From contig CAXXLZ010000002.1 in assembly GCA_963675595.2 (NCBI GenBank), positions 1,312,001 through 1,376,000 on the forward strand: 64,000 nt of DNA, written 5' to 3'. The notes beneath the pieces are model-generated. The model saw only the letters and a program-made list of their open reading frames with translations, searched no databases and was not told where the DNA came from. A program made the translations under genes and the position numbers. Source of the stretch: Thermodesulfobacteriota bacterium (GTDB lineage: Bacteria; Desulfobacterota; Desulfarculia; JACQYL01). Shown here piece after piece: positions 41,021 through 49,220 of this stretch. Numbering within the stretch: the first letter of the stretch is position 1; each line of letters begins with the position of its first letter.

Positions 41021-41490
41021 ATCTCTATTTTCGACCACGAACCACGGACCCGAGCGTTGATTTCCGAAGCAACATCCCAACCAAACTTGTCATAGACCTT
41101 GAGAAACCACTGCCCATCCCATGCCACAGCCAACTTAAGCATCATTTGCACACGAGCTTCAACCGGGATATCATATGATAATGCACCGGTCTGTTCAGCC
41201 ATCAACATCTCCTTTTCTCTTTGGTCATCGATTATTTGGTTACGTAAGACTTACGTTTTCGGTGGGCACGCACGAAATTCCGTCGAATCGGACCTGCCGC
41301 AAATGGCCGAACCAATCCCGATAAATGGGGCATAGTTACAAGTACGGCGCAGTGACAAGGAATGAAGCACATCGCCTCAGCTCGCGTCTTTCAACGGTCT
41401 GATGGATTCCGGGCGTTACTTTGCGCGGTCCATTGCAGAAACAAGATTCGTTGGTTTCTTTGTCATCCGTCCCATTGTATCCGGAGTCTA

Positions 41491-41904
41491 TTAATCCAGC
41501 TGCTTAGCGAAAACGTGTTGGAACGGTATTGCAATCAGGTCCACAATGATATAGGTCGCATAAATGACAACGTATAGTATGCCATACGATGGAAATTCGC
41601 CTGCAAAATAAATAGGCAAAACCACCCCTATGAACCAGATAGCCTTATAACACAACTGTAACAATAAGACAGGTGCAAATTTTAGTGGGGATCGAAGACC
41701 CAGAATGGACAACAACGCGAAAGAAAGGTAGACGCTACCCGTAACACCGAAAGAAATAATGCGATCTTGATTCGGCCATCCGAATATTTTCTCCATAACT
41801 CCAGGCATGACGATTATTCCAAGTCCAAATGCGCCCGCGCCGATAATGGTATAAATATAGAGGGCCTTAATCCAACCCAACCGCACATTGATATCTTCCG
41901 ACAT
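41491..41904 (-). CDS. Hypothetical integral membrane protein (~4 TM)
   Basis: AGGAGG RBS, hydrophobic 137-aa ORF with a PLKFAPVLLLQLCYKAIW motif. Confidence 0.75.
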   Translation of the reverse strand: MSEDINVRLGWIKALYIYTIIGAGAFGLGIIVMPGVMEKIFGWPNQDRIISFGVTGSVYLSFALLSILGLRSPLKFAPVLLLQLCYKAIWFIGVVLPIYFAGEFPSYGILYVVIYATYIIVDLIAIPFQHVFAKQLD

Positions 41905-41996
41905 GATTTTCCCTCCTTTTTATTGAAATCACGAATAGTACTTAGCTGCATGAGTTCATTATTTTTGAGCAACGGCCGAGTGGGGGACGGGGCGTT

Positions 41997-42500
41997 TCAT
42001 AGTATGAATAGTAGAATAATGAACAGGGCGGACGCCAGGATCGCCACGGCCGCCCTGTTTTCGTTCCATCGGTTCCAACGTGTTTCGAAGTCTCTACGCG
42101 CCGTTTTCCGTGCCGTTTCATCCATGGCATCGACATCCAGCGTTTGCAGCTTGTTGTTCAATGGTACGTTAACCGCTATGGTCGGCAATTGGACACCGAA
42201 AATATAGGCGATTGCGGCGGAGATCATCAGCAAACGCTCGCCTCCGGCCAATTGCCAGATACCGAGCACGGCCGAACCGGCCACGGCCACAATGGAGCCC
42301 ATCCAGACCAATATGAAAATCGGCTGATTATTTTGAATCACGCGATCCATGACCTGGAAAGCCCGGATAAAATCACGGTCATTCAGATTTGATATGCCCG
42401 GCATGATCACGATTGCAAAGGAAAACAGGAAACCTGCCACCAGGGAAGATAGAAGCGTAGCCAATATGAGGGCAATCTGAAAGATTCCATCAATGATCAT
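41997..42500 (-). CDS. DUF1772 / anthrone oxygenase family membrane protein
   Basis: AGFLFSF..VIMPG, TIAVNVPLNNKL and FETRWNRWN motifs. Confidence 0.85.
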   Translation of the reverse strand: MIIDGIFQIALILATLLSSLVAGFLFSFAIVIMPGISNLNDRDFIRAFQVMDRVIQNNQPIFILVWMGSIVAVAGSAVLGIWQLAGGERLLMISAAIAYIFGVQLPTIAVNVPLNNKLQTLDVDAMDETARKTARRDFETRWNRWNENRAAVAILASALFIILLFIL

Positions 42501-42650
42501 GGCAAATTTTCCTTTCTCGCCGAGAACGGACTCAATCCATGCCCCCCTGCGGACAATCCGCCGCTTCTTGGCACCTATTTACGGGGTGTGCCGCAGCGGG
42601 ACGCCGGCACGGGGGGCACAGGGGAGATGGTGGGCCTTCGGCCGACTTTT

Positions 42651-42678
42651 GGGCAGGCACTATGGCCTGCCCCTACAA
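42651..42678 (-). repeat. GTAG-type REP
   Basis: Minus strand reads GTAG-GGGCAGGC-CATAGT-GCCTGCCC. Related copies at ~36620-36644 and ~62800-62823. Confidence 0.65.
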
Positions 42679-43299
42679 TAGACCAGTCCCCCCGTGAATG
42701 ATTGCACTTCTTGATTGAATAGTGATCGTGGATTGCATTGGTTGGTGCATCATATAATACAAAATCATTTCCTCGCAATGGCTGTCGGCCCAAACATCCA
42801 CGACGGAAAGCCTGTCTTTCCATTTGTCGATGATCTCGGCGTGTCACTCTCTGAAGTGGACCCCTGAAACGGGACTACAGGTTAAGGGACTCTGACCCGA
42901 GGCGAAAAAAAGGGACACGAATGAATCCTCTTGGGCGGAAACCTCGGAAGAATCGCTCAAAAATGACGGGAAACCCCTATGGACAAACAGGGTGATTTCG
43001 GAGATATTCGAATTTGGAAAAATTCTTCCAGCTGTTCGCAGGATAGACGGGGAAACCTTTTGGAAAAGGTTTCCCCAGCCCCCTTCCCAAACCTCCTGAG
43101 CGGGTTGCTCGCTACCGCGTCGCAACCGGGGTGAGGGGGGCTTGGGAGACCGATTACCGGACGCATCAGGAACGGAGCCTTGGACAAGGGCGCCCCAGTC
43201 CGGAAATCCACTCATCGAGCCTCTCCGCCGAAGGCGGTGAAGCCTGCCTGAAACGTTCAAAGGGGGCGCAGGGAACTTGTCTAAAAGTTCCCCCCGTGA

Positions 43300-43533
43300 A
43301 TGAATACAACCGAAGAGGACCCGGAGCTCCTCGAAGGATACGACTTCACGAATGGAGTTCGCGGCAAATAGGCCGAGCGCTGTGCGGAAGGGACAAGCCT
43401 CCCAGCCGTTGATCCCGACGTGATGGCGTTCGTCCCGGATCATGAAGCGGATAATGAGGCGCTTCGCAGCTGGGCAAGAATCCTCAGAAGACAAAGAGCG
43501 ACCGATCAGAGGCACCTACAACGGCGTTCGTAA
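43300..43533 (+). pseudogene. BrnA-like antitoxin pseudogene (in-frame TAG)
   Basis: MNTTEEDPELLEGYDFTNGVRGK*AERCAEGT...VDPDVMAFVPDHEADNEALR resembles the EYDF..GVRGKY...DPDV..F...EAVNEALR family. Confidence 0.65.
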
Positions 43534-43625
43534 GGGCCACGCTTAATACCCGGGATAAGATGGCCGGACACCGTAGCTGTTTGTGAAGCGGCTTCACCGT
43601 GAAACCCAAATCGATGCTTTAATTG

Positions 43626-44039
43626 CTATTCGTGAGACCCCAAATGCAGAGAGGTCACTTTGATCTCCCGGACTCGACACATGGGCTTGGTCGGTTTTTC
43701 CAGCGTAACAAGCTCATCCACAACAGCAACGGCAGCCGCACCGATATGAAGCGCATCCATCGGTGACATGTCGTATTTGGCCGCAAGGTCAAGCGCTTTT
43801 GCCGTCAACTCCGCGGTGGAGGGAACATTTTCGGCTTGAGCCAACACCGATTGCATGAATTCGATTTCTTCCCGTCGTCCATGAAATGTCGGCTTGGGCA
43901 GAATTTCGAGGCGGAGGTAATCGCTGACCACCAGAGTACGATCCGGATCGTCAAGGATATCCAATGCCTTGCGGGATGTGTTCTCTTCTCCTTGAAAGGC
44001 CGCTATGAGCAGGTTGGAGTCAACGTAGGTCCGTTTCAT
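43626..44039 (-). CDS. PIN domain (VapC-like) toxin
   Basis: YVDSNLLI, RLEILPKP, DALHIGAA and LVTLEK acidic PIN motifs. Confidence 0.88.
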   Translation of the reverse strand: MKRTYVDSNLLIAAFQGEENTSRKALDILDDPDRTLVVSDYLRLEILPKPTFHGRREEIEFMQSVLAQAENVPSTAELTAKALDLAAKYDMSPMDALHIGAAAVAVVDELVTLEKPTKPMCRVREIKVTSLHLGSHE

Positions 44040-44391
44040 GATCTTCGAGTTCTCCCCGACGGCGCTTAACTTCTTCTAGTACCTCCCCCTCGCTGAGAAG
44101 GCGCATGCCCGAAGCAATCGCTTTCTTTCGAAGAGCTACGAGCCTCTTACCCAACGGTGTTCGCGGCGCGTATTCATCCCTCCAATCCGAAGGAACAACC
44201 TCGGTCGCTTGGGTCGTACTCCTTTCCCCGCCGACAGGATAGTCAAGATCAATCCATATGCAGAGCCGACCGTAGTCCGCCGCTGCTCGAAATTCATTCA
44301 AGCAGGCCCATGTTTCGGATGAAAGCGTCATCAACACCCCTGTGCTTGCTCGGCCGCTTAATTCGTCTGTTAAAGCCCAGGTGCGAGCCAT
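44020..44391 (-). CDS. Putative antitoxin
   Basis: Overlaps the PIN gene. C-terminal PRTPLGKRLVALRKKAIASGMRLLSEGEVLEEVKRRRG resembles PIN-associated antitoxin tails. Start uncertain. Confidence 0.55.
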   Translation of the reverse strand: MARTWALTDELSGRASTGVLMTLSSETWACLNEFRAAADYGRLCIWIDLDYPVGGERSTTQATEVVPSDWRDEYAPRTPLGKRLVALRKKAIASGMRLLSEGEVLEEVKRRRGELEDHETDLR

Positions 44392-44395
44392 AGAC

Positions 44396-45148
44396 TCATC
44401 CTTCGTATTCAGGTCCCAGTTCAAAAATCGTTTCCGGTGCCATCAAATTGAAAAACATGATCTTGCACGCCAAGTGAACTTCATCGAGCCGTCGCTCCAA
44501 ATCATCCCAAGACTCGTTTTCATCCAGCGTTTTGATGGTATCGATGTCCACAAGAACACCCTTAAGCCGTTTCTCGTATCCTGGAGCAACAGCCTCCGCG
44601 GGAGAAACGATTTGAACGATATGTGTCAGATCGCGTTCCTTGATTTCCGTACGAAACTGAACCGGCTTCGTGTCAATTTCGTGCCCCCCCAAGTACAAAT
44701 TAAGATTCAGACAGCCAAGGCCAAGAGGCCGGTCCAACTCAATCAGGTCGATGTACTTCAGCGAAAACCGTTCCAACGTCTTAATCAACCCGGTATCCCG
44801 AACAGTCTTTGCGAGATTGCGAATGTCGGCGGAAAACTTCTTCCAACCCGAATACGGTCGGCGACAGCTGAAGGAAACAACGCGTTCGCCGATCTGAATC
44901 GCTTGGTTCCCTTCTTCCAGGCGGATTTTCGGCATATATCGCAGATTTCGGTCATGTTCGATCACCTGGATCGGAATATCCGCAGTAGGCAATCGTACAA
45001 CATCGGCAGCATGTTTCCCCGGCAAAGCGTTGAAAAGCATCCCGGGCATCAAGTCCGCAACAGACGGCTTGTTTCCCGAAAAGCGAAGCTCCCATACGGC
45101 TTCAAGCAGCGGTTCCCTCTTGAGTCTAACTGGGATTCTCTTGTTCAT
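44396..45148 (-). CDS. TIGR04255 family protein
   Basis: LKREPLLEAVWELRF, RPYSGW, RFSLKYID and LVDID...F pattern. Confidence 0.8.
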   Translation of the reverse strand: MNKRIPVRLKREPLLEAVWELRFSGNKPSVADLMPGMLFNALPGKHAADVVRLPTADIPIQVIEHDRNLRYMPKIRLEEGNQAIQIGERVVSFSCRRPYSGWKKFSADIRNLAKTVRDTGLIKTLERFSLKYIDLIELDRPLGLGCLNLNLYLGGHEIDTKPVQFRTEIKERDLTHIVQIVSPAEAVAPGYEKRLKGVLVDIDTIKTLDENESWDDLERRLDEVHLACKIMFFNLMAPETIFELGPEYEG

Positions 45149-45399
45149 GCCCTTGTCCTTTGTCGGGACTCCGCTTTCTTCGGAAACCCGCCCTCTATTC
45201 TCAGGAAAGAGGACATCACGCTCACGGACAACTTCGAGTCCATGGTCGACCCACCGGACTTCCTCTCACAAAGCCATAGCATCCGGTCGCTTGACATTAT
45301 AGCAAAATAAATCGCAGGCATTCACGGTGGGGGGATTTTTTTATTTATTTATCGGGGGAAACTTTCGAGAAAGTTTCCTATGTGGCCTCAAGTCAAGCC

Positions 45400-45608
45400 G
45401 GAATTGGATAACCGTTTCCTATTCGCGCCCGAAGCGCCAAGTACACATGCGATGTAGAAGCGAAGATGCCGCCATTTCCCCAGCGCTACCGATGCAGCCA
45501 AACTTTATCGCGGCCGTCTCCGCTTTTTTCTCCCGGCTTGAGGCTCGGGACCCACCTCAAGTATGGGTCCCGAGCCGGTTGGGTTCTCCTAAACAAGTCC
45601 TAACCGGC
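45400..45608 (-). ncRNA. Putative bridge/seek RNA in the 3' non-coding end of the IS110 element
   Basis: Successive hairpins, then AGCC[GGGAGAAAAAA]GCGG-AGACGG-CCGC[GATAAAGTTT]GGCT (45538-45496), whose loop arms match the target. RNA boundaries are approximate. Confidence 0.7.
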
Positions 45609-46697
45609 TCATGCTTGGTCCGCTTGGAGACGAAATTCATAGGTCCGTTTTTCCATGGTCAATCGCCATAGAACAACGGCCAGTTTCCGTGCCAACGCAC
45701 AAATGGCCTTTTGTGGAAGGCCCGTTCGCGACAGGAGTTTTCGATAATGCGAATCAATGGCCGGATCCCTGGACTTCCACGTCCAGGCCGCCTCCACCAA
45801 CAGACTCCGCAGTCGCGTCTGACCCACGGGAGGAAGCGCCACTCGAGATTTCCGCTCTCCGCTTTGTCTTACCAACGGTGCGAGTCCCAGATAGCTGGTC
45901 ACTTCCTCCACCCGATGGAACCGACTCGGGCGAAACAATTCCAGGAGGAAGGTAGCCGCTGTGATGGGACCCACCCCGGGGACGCTTCGAAGGCATCGCA
46001 TTTCCTCAAAGTGTTCAGGTTTCTCGCACACACTGGAAGTCCTTTCCTCCATGAAGGCTTTTTCCTTTGTGAGGAAATTCAACTCACGGAGCAAGCTGAG
46101 CAGCGTCGCTTTGGCCTCCTTCGGCAGACGAAGCTTTCGAAGTTGCGCCACAGCGCTTCGGCCCCAATGATTGAGCCCGGGAGGCGCCTCCACACCGTGA
46201 AACAGCAGAAGGGATTGAATTCTCTGCTTAACGCGTCGAGTGCCGTCGGCCAGATCGTGCCGACGGCGAATTACGCTGCGTTCGGCCTCCTCTTCCTCCG
46301 TGGGAACGGCGATGGACTTCAATATCCCTCGGGCGGCATGGTCCGCCAACCGCATGCAATCCAGGCGGTCGGTCTTGGCCCCCGCAGTCACCGGCCTAGG
46401 GACCCGACTCGGCGCCACCACGATCACGCTGAACCCGGCTTTGGCCAAAGTGCGCGCAAGGCCGAAGCCGGTGGGCCCCGCTTCGTAGGCTACGGCTCGG
46501 ATGCGCCTCAAGTGGGGGAGCAACATGGCCACGATGGCCTCCGGAGAGGCCGAGGACACAAAAGTCTTCACCTCGCCGTCGCTGCGAAGCACGGCCACGT
46601 GGTAGCTCTTTTTGTGTACGTCGATCCCGACGTGGAAATCACGGTCGATATCCAGCTCCAAAAACTTGGCCAATTCTGTTACTTTCGTTGCTACCAT
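45609..46697 (-). CDS. IS110 family DEDD recombinase/transposase
   Basis: GIDVHK, YEAG, KTDRLD, SVPGVGPITA and YLGLAP..RQSG (catalytic Ser). AAGGAG RBS before ATG 46697. Confidence 0.95.
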   Translation of the reverse strand: MVATKVTELAKFLELDIDRDFHVGIDVHKKSYHVAVLRSDGEVKTFVSSASPEAIVAMLLPHLRRIRAVAYEAGPTGFGLARTLAKAGFSVIVVAPSRVPRPVTAGAKTDRLDCMRLADHAARGILKSIAVPTEEEEAERSVIRRRHDLADGTRRVKQRIQSLLLFHGVEAPPGLNHWGRSAVAQLRKLRLPKEAKATLLSLLRELNFLTKEKAFMEERTSSVCEKPEHFEEMRCLRSVPGVGPITAATFLLELFRPSRFHRVEEVTSYLGLAPLVRQSGERKSRVALPPVGQTRLRSLLVEAAWTWKSRDPAIDSHYRKLLSRTGLPQKAICALARKLAVVLWRLTMEKRTYEFRLQADQA

Positions 46698-46931
46698 GTT
46701 GGTCTCCTTTCTGTTTGGGTGATGCTCCATCATAACGATCGAGCACCTGAGGCCAACATGGTATTTCCCCCGGTCCCCTTTCAAAGCGTTTTGAGATTGC
46801 CTCACCGCCTTCGGCGGAGAGGCTGAGGGGGAAATAGGGTTGCTCGCTGATTTCCAGCGTCCTTTGATTTGCTGAATCGGCAAGAACGAGCAGCATGTCC
46901 GTCCAACCTATTAAAATACCTAACGTTTTTC

Positions 46932-46994
46932 GGAAGGAGCCCGAGGGAGCCCTTTTTTCAAAAAGGGTTCCCTCGGATACCCCTCTGAATGCTC
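46932..46994 (+). repeat. Palindromic repeat family C
   Basis: GAAGGAGCCCGAGGGA(G/A)CCCTTTTTTTCAAAAAGGGTTCCCTCGGATACCCCCTCTGAATGCTC, nearly identical at 52669-52731, with a variant at 29861-29906. Confidence 0.8.
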
Positions 46995-47223
46995 ACAATA
47001 AATCTTCCCCGCAGTGGTGAAAAGGGCCGGGGTTGATTTTGTGCTTCTATCCTTCAGCGGACAAACCACGATCCGAAGCAATCCGTCCGCCCCTGCCGCC
47101 GGCCCGGCTGTTTCCCGGGAATGACCATTGCCTCCCCATCCGGGTCGAACCATTGCGCAACGTGTTTGGCCAACCGGTCCAACCGGAATGTGTCAATGAA
47201 AATGAGACACCTGTTTTCAGAAA

Positions 47224-48219
47224 TTAGACTCTCACGTCATCGCTCGACGGTTTGTTGATCCACGCGGCCTTGGGCAATTTTGGCGGCTGTGGCACCTTTC
47301 CTTTGAAACGGTTGGGGTTGCTCCGGAAGGCAGCCCGAAGAACTTGGCTGCGACACGCTACAATGTCCTGGGCGAGTCCGTAATGGAGCTGTTCGGGTGT
47401 GACCAACCCGATGCCTGAATGCCGATGCTCGGGGTTGTACCAGGAGAAGAACTCCCGGCAGAAAGACCGGGCATCCTGGATTGATCCAAACCGTTTCGGG
47501 AATTTCGGGCAATACTTGAGGGTTTTAAACTGCGCCTCCGAGTAGGGGTTATCATTGCTGACATAGGGTCGGCTGTGGGTCTTGGTCACTCCAAGGTCTC
47601 CCATGAACTCGGCTACGGACTTCGCTTTCATCGCCGGGCCTCGATCCGCATGGATGATGAGTTGGCCGGACTTGATATCCTGCTTGAAGCACGTCTCTTC
47701 GATGAGTTGCCTGGCCAAAGCGGCGCTTTCCCGATGGGCCACCATCCAGCCGACCACGTAGCGGCTGAAGATGTCCATGATCACGTAAAGATGGAAATAG
47801 GTCCACTTCACAGGCCCTTTTAGCTTCGTAATATCCCAGGACCACACTTTGTTGGGTCCGGTCGCAAGCAACTCGGGCTTTTTATAGACAGGCCGCCGCG
47901 CCTGCTTTCTTCGCTCTTTGACATCACCGGATTCCGCTTTGAGAATCCGGTACATGGTCCGGATAGAGCAGTAGTACTGTCCTTCATCGAGCAAGACGGC
48001 AAAGACCTGACGGGGAGCATCATCCTGAAAACGGGAGCTGTTAAGCAGATCGACCACGGTTTCCCGCTCCTGGGGGTTCAGAGCCAAGGGAGGCGCCGGC
48101 CGAGGTGTGCGGGCCGCCGCCGGCTTCAGGCGGCGATAGAAACTCGCACGGGGCAGGCCCATGGCTCCACATGCCTGCACGGTTCCCACCTCGGTGCGCA
48201 GCTCCATCGCCGCGCTCAT
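47224..48219 (-). CDS. IS3 transposase OrfB (rve integrase core)
   Basis: PNKVWSWDIT, DIFSRYVVGW, HADRG, DNPYSEAQFKTLK and YNPEHRHSGI motifs. Confidence 0.93.
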   Translation of the reverse strand: MSAAMELRTEVGTVQACGAMGLPRASFYRRLKPAAARTPRPAPPLALNPQERETVVDLLNSSRFQDDAPRQVFAVLLDEGQYYCSIRTMYRILKAESGDVKERRKQARRPVYKKPELLATGPNKVWSWDITKLKGPVKWTYFHLYVIMDIFSRYVVGWMVAHRESAALARQLIEETCFKQDIKSGQLIIHADRGPAMKAKSVAEFMGDLGVTKTHSRPYVSNDNPYSEAQFKTLKYCPKFPKRFGSIQDARSFCREFFSWYNPEHRHSGIGLVTPEQLHYGLAQDIVACRSQVLRAAFRSNPNRFKGKVPQPPKLPKAAWINKPSSDDVRV

Positions 48220-48707
48220 GAACTGCTCCCGTCGTCGTCCAGGTCCGGCTGAGCGATCCCCAGTATCTCCGAGATTTTTTTTTGAACTTCGATGATGGTT
48301 CGCGCCTGTTTCAGTTGATTCTCGAGACGGCGGTTCTCCCTTTCAAGCCGGGCCACCCGCTCTGCCATAGGGTTCTTCTGCTTGGGCTTCCGGCCTCGCT
48401 TCTTTGGCCCAAGCGCCCTCAACTGCCCCTGGTCACGTTGTCTACGCCATGTCGCCAGACTCGAAGAATACAGGCCTTCTCGCCGAAGTAGAGCCCCGAG
48501 CCGGCCCGGTTCAGTACACGCATCGGCTTCCTCCAGGATTCTCAGCTTGTACCGGGCTGTAAATCTGCGACGAGGCTTCTTCTCTGGAACCTCCGGGTCG
48601 GGGACCGTGACGTGCTTCCCGATCGTGGTAACTCCGGTCGTCCTACGGACTCCCTCCGTTACCACGATTCCCTCATCCGGATTCTCTTTCTCTCTGTGCC
48701 TCATCAT
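48216..48707 (-). CDS. IS3 transposase OrfA (HTH)
   Basis: RRRFTARYKLRIL...LLRREGLYSS and a leucine zipper. A9 slippery run near 48275-48283. Confidence 0.9.
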   Translation of the reverse strand: MMRHREKENPDEGIVVTEGVRRTTGVTTIGKHVTVPDPEVPEKKPRRRFTARYKLRILEEADACTEPGRLGALLRREGLYSSSLATWRRQRDQGQLRALGPKKRGRKPKQKNPMAERVARLERENRRLENQLKQARTIIEVQKKISEILGIAQPDLDDDGSSS

Positions 48708-48772
48708 GCTCCATCTCCTACCCGCCCTACACTAATTTATCAACGGGTAGGTGTCTCACTCTCATTGGCACA

Positions 48773-49071
48773 GAGGGAACGGGTACCCTGTTCGTATCAT
48801 CAGGACCAAGCCGGCGACAAGCGAAGGAAAACTCCGTCATGAAGAAAACCGAAGAGGACCCGGACCTCCTCGAAGAATACGACTTCACGGATGGGGTCCG
48901 CGGCAGGTATGCCGATCGCTATGCCGAAAGGACAAACCTCGTAGCACGTTGATCCCGACCTGATGGCGTTCTTTCCGGATCATGAAGCGGTTGATGAGCC
49001 GCTTCGCGGCTTGGCAAAAATCATCGGAAAACAAAGAGAGGCCGAGCAGAGGCATCCAAGGGCGTTCGTAA
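48773..49071 (+). pseudogene. BrnT toxin 3' remnant plus frameshifted BrnA-like antitoxin
   Basis: VRIIRTKPATSEGKLRHEE resembles the BrnT C-terminus IRIISAR.AT..E...YEE. MKKTEEDPDLLEEYDFTDGVRGRYADRYAE starts at 48839 and carries a frameshift. Confidence 0.6.
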
Positions 49072-49220
49072 GGGCCACACGTAACGCCCGGGCTAAGATG
49101 GCCGGGCACCATAGCTGTTTGTGAACAGGCTACAGCGTGAAGCGCAAATCGATGCTCTAATTGATATGCTGTTTCCCGATTACGCAGGAGTTCGTACTTG
49201 GCCGGGAGAGCCGAAGTTGT

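Larger units (their letters stand above)
38778..41202 (-). pseudogene. DUF6125/ATC-hydrolase-like protein interrupted by IS copy 2
   Basis: MAEQ...AWDGQWFLKVYDKFG...SKIE rejoins in frame with MRFTLG...KC..GC...KGDLKCEY after removing the IS and one TSD (180 aa). Confidence 0.75.
45379..46768 (-). mobile_element. IS110 family (IS1111-type) insertion sequence inserted in a family B palindrome
   Basis: Sub-terminal IRs ATGT(T)GGCCTCA(A/G)GT. Core TTTCC at both 45374-45378 and 46764-46768. Excision restores the perfect hairpin CGGGGGAAACTTTC-GA-GAAAGTTTCCCCCG. Confidence 0.9.
47189..48772 (-). mobile_element. IS3 family insertion sequence
   Basis: TIRs TGTGTCAATGAAAATGAGACACCT and TGTGCCAATGAGAGTGAGACACCT (reverse complement). 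orfA and orfB present. No TSD seen. Confidence 0.88.
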
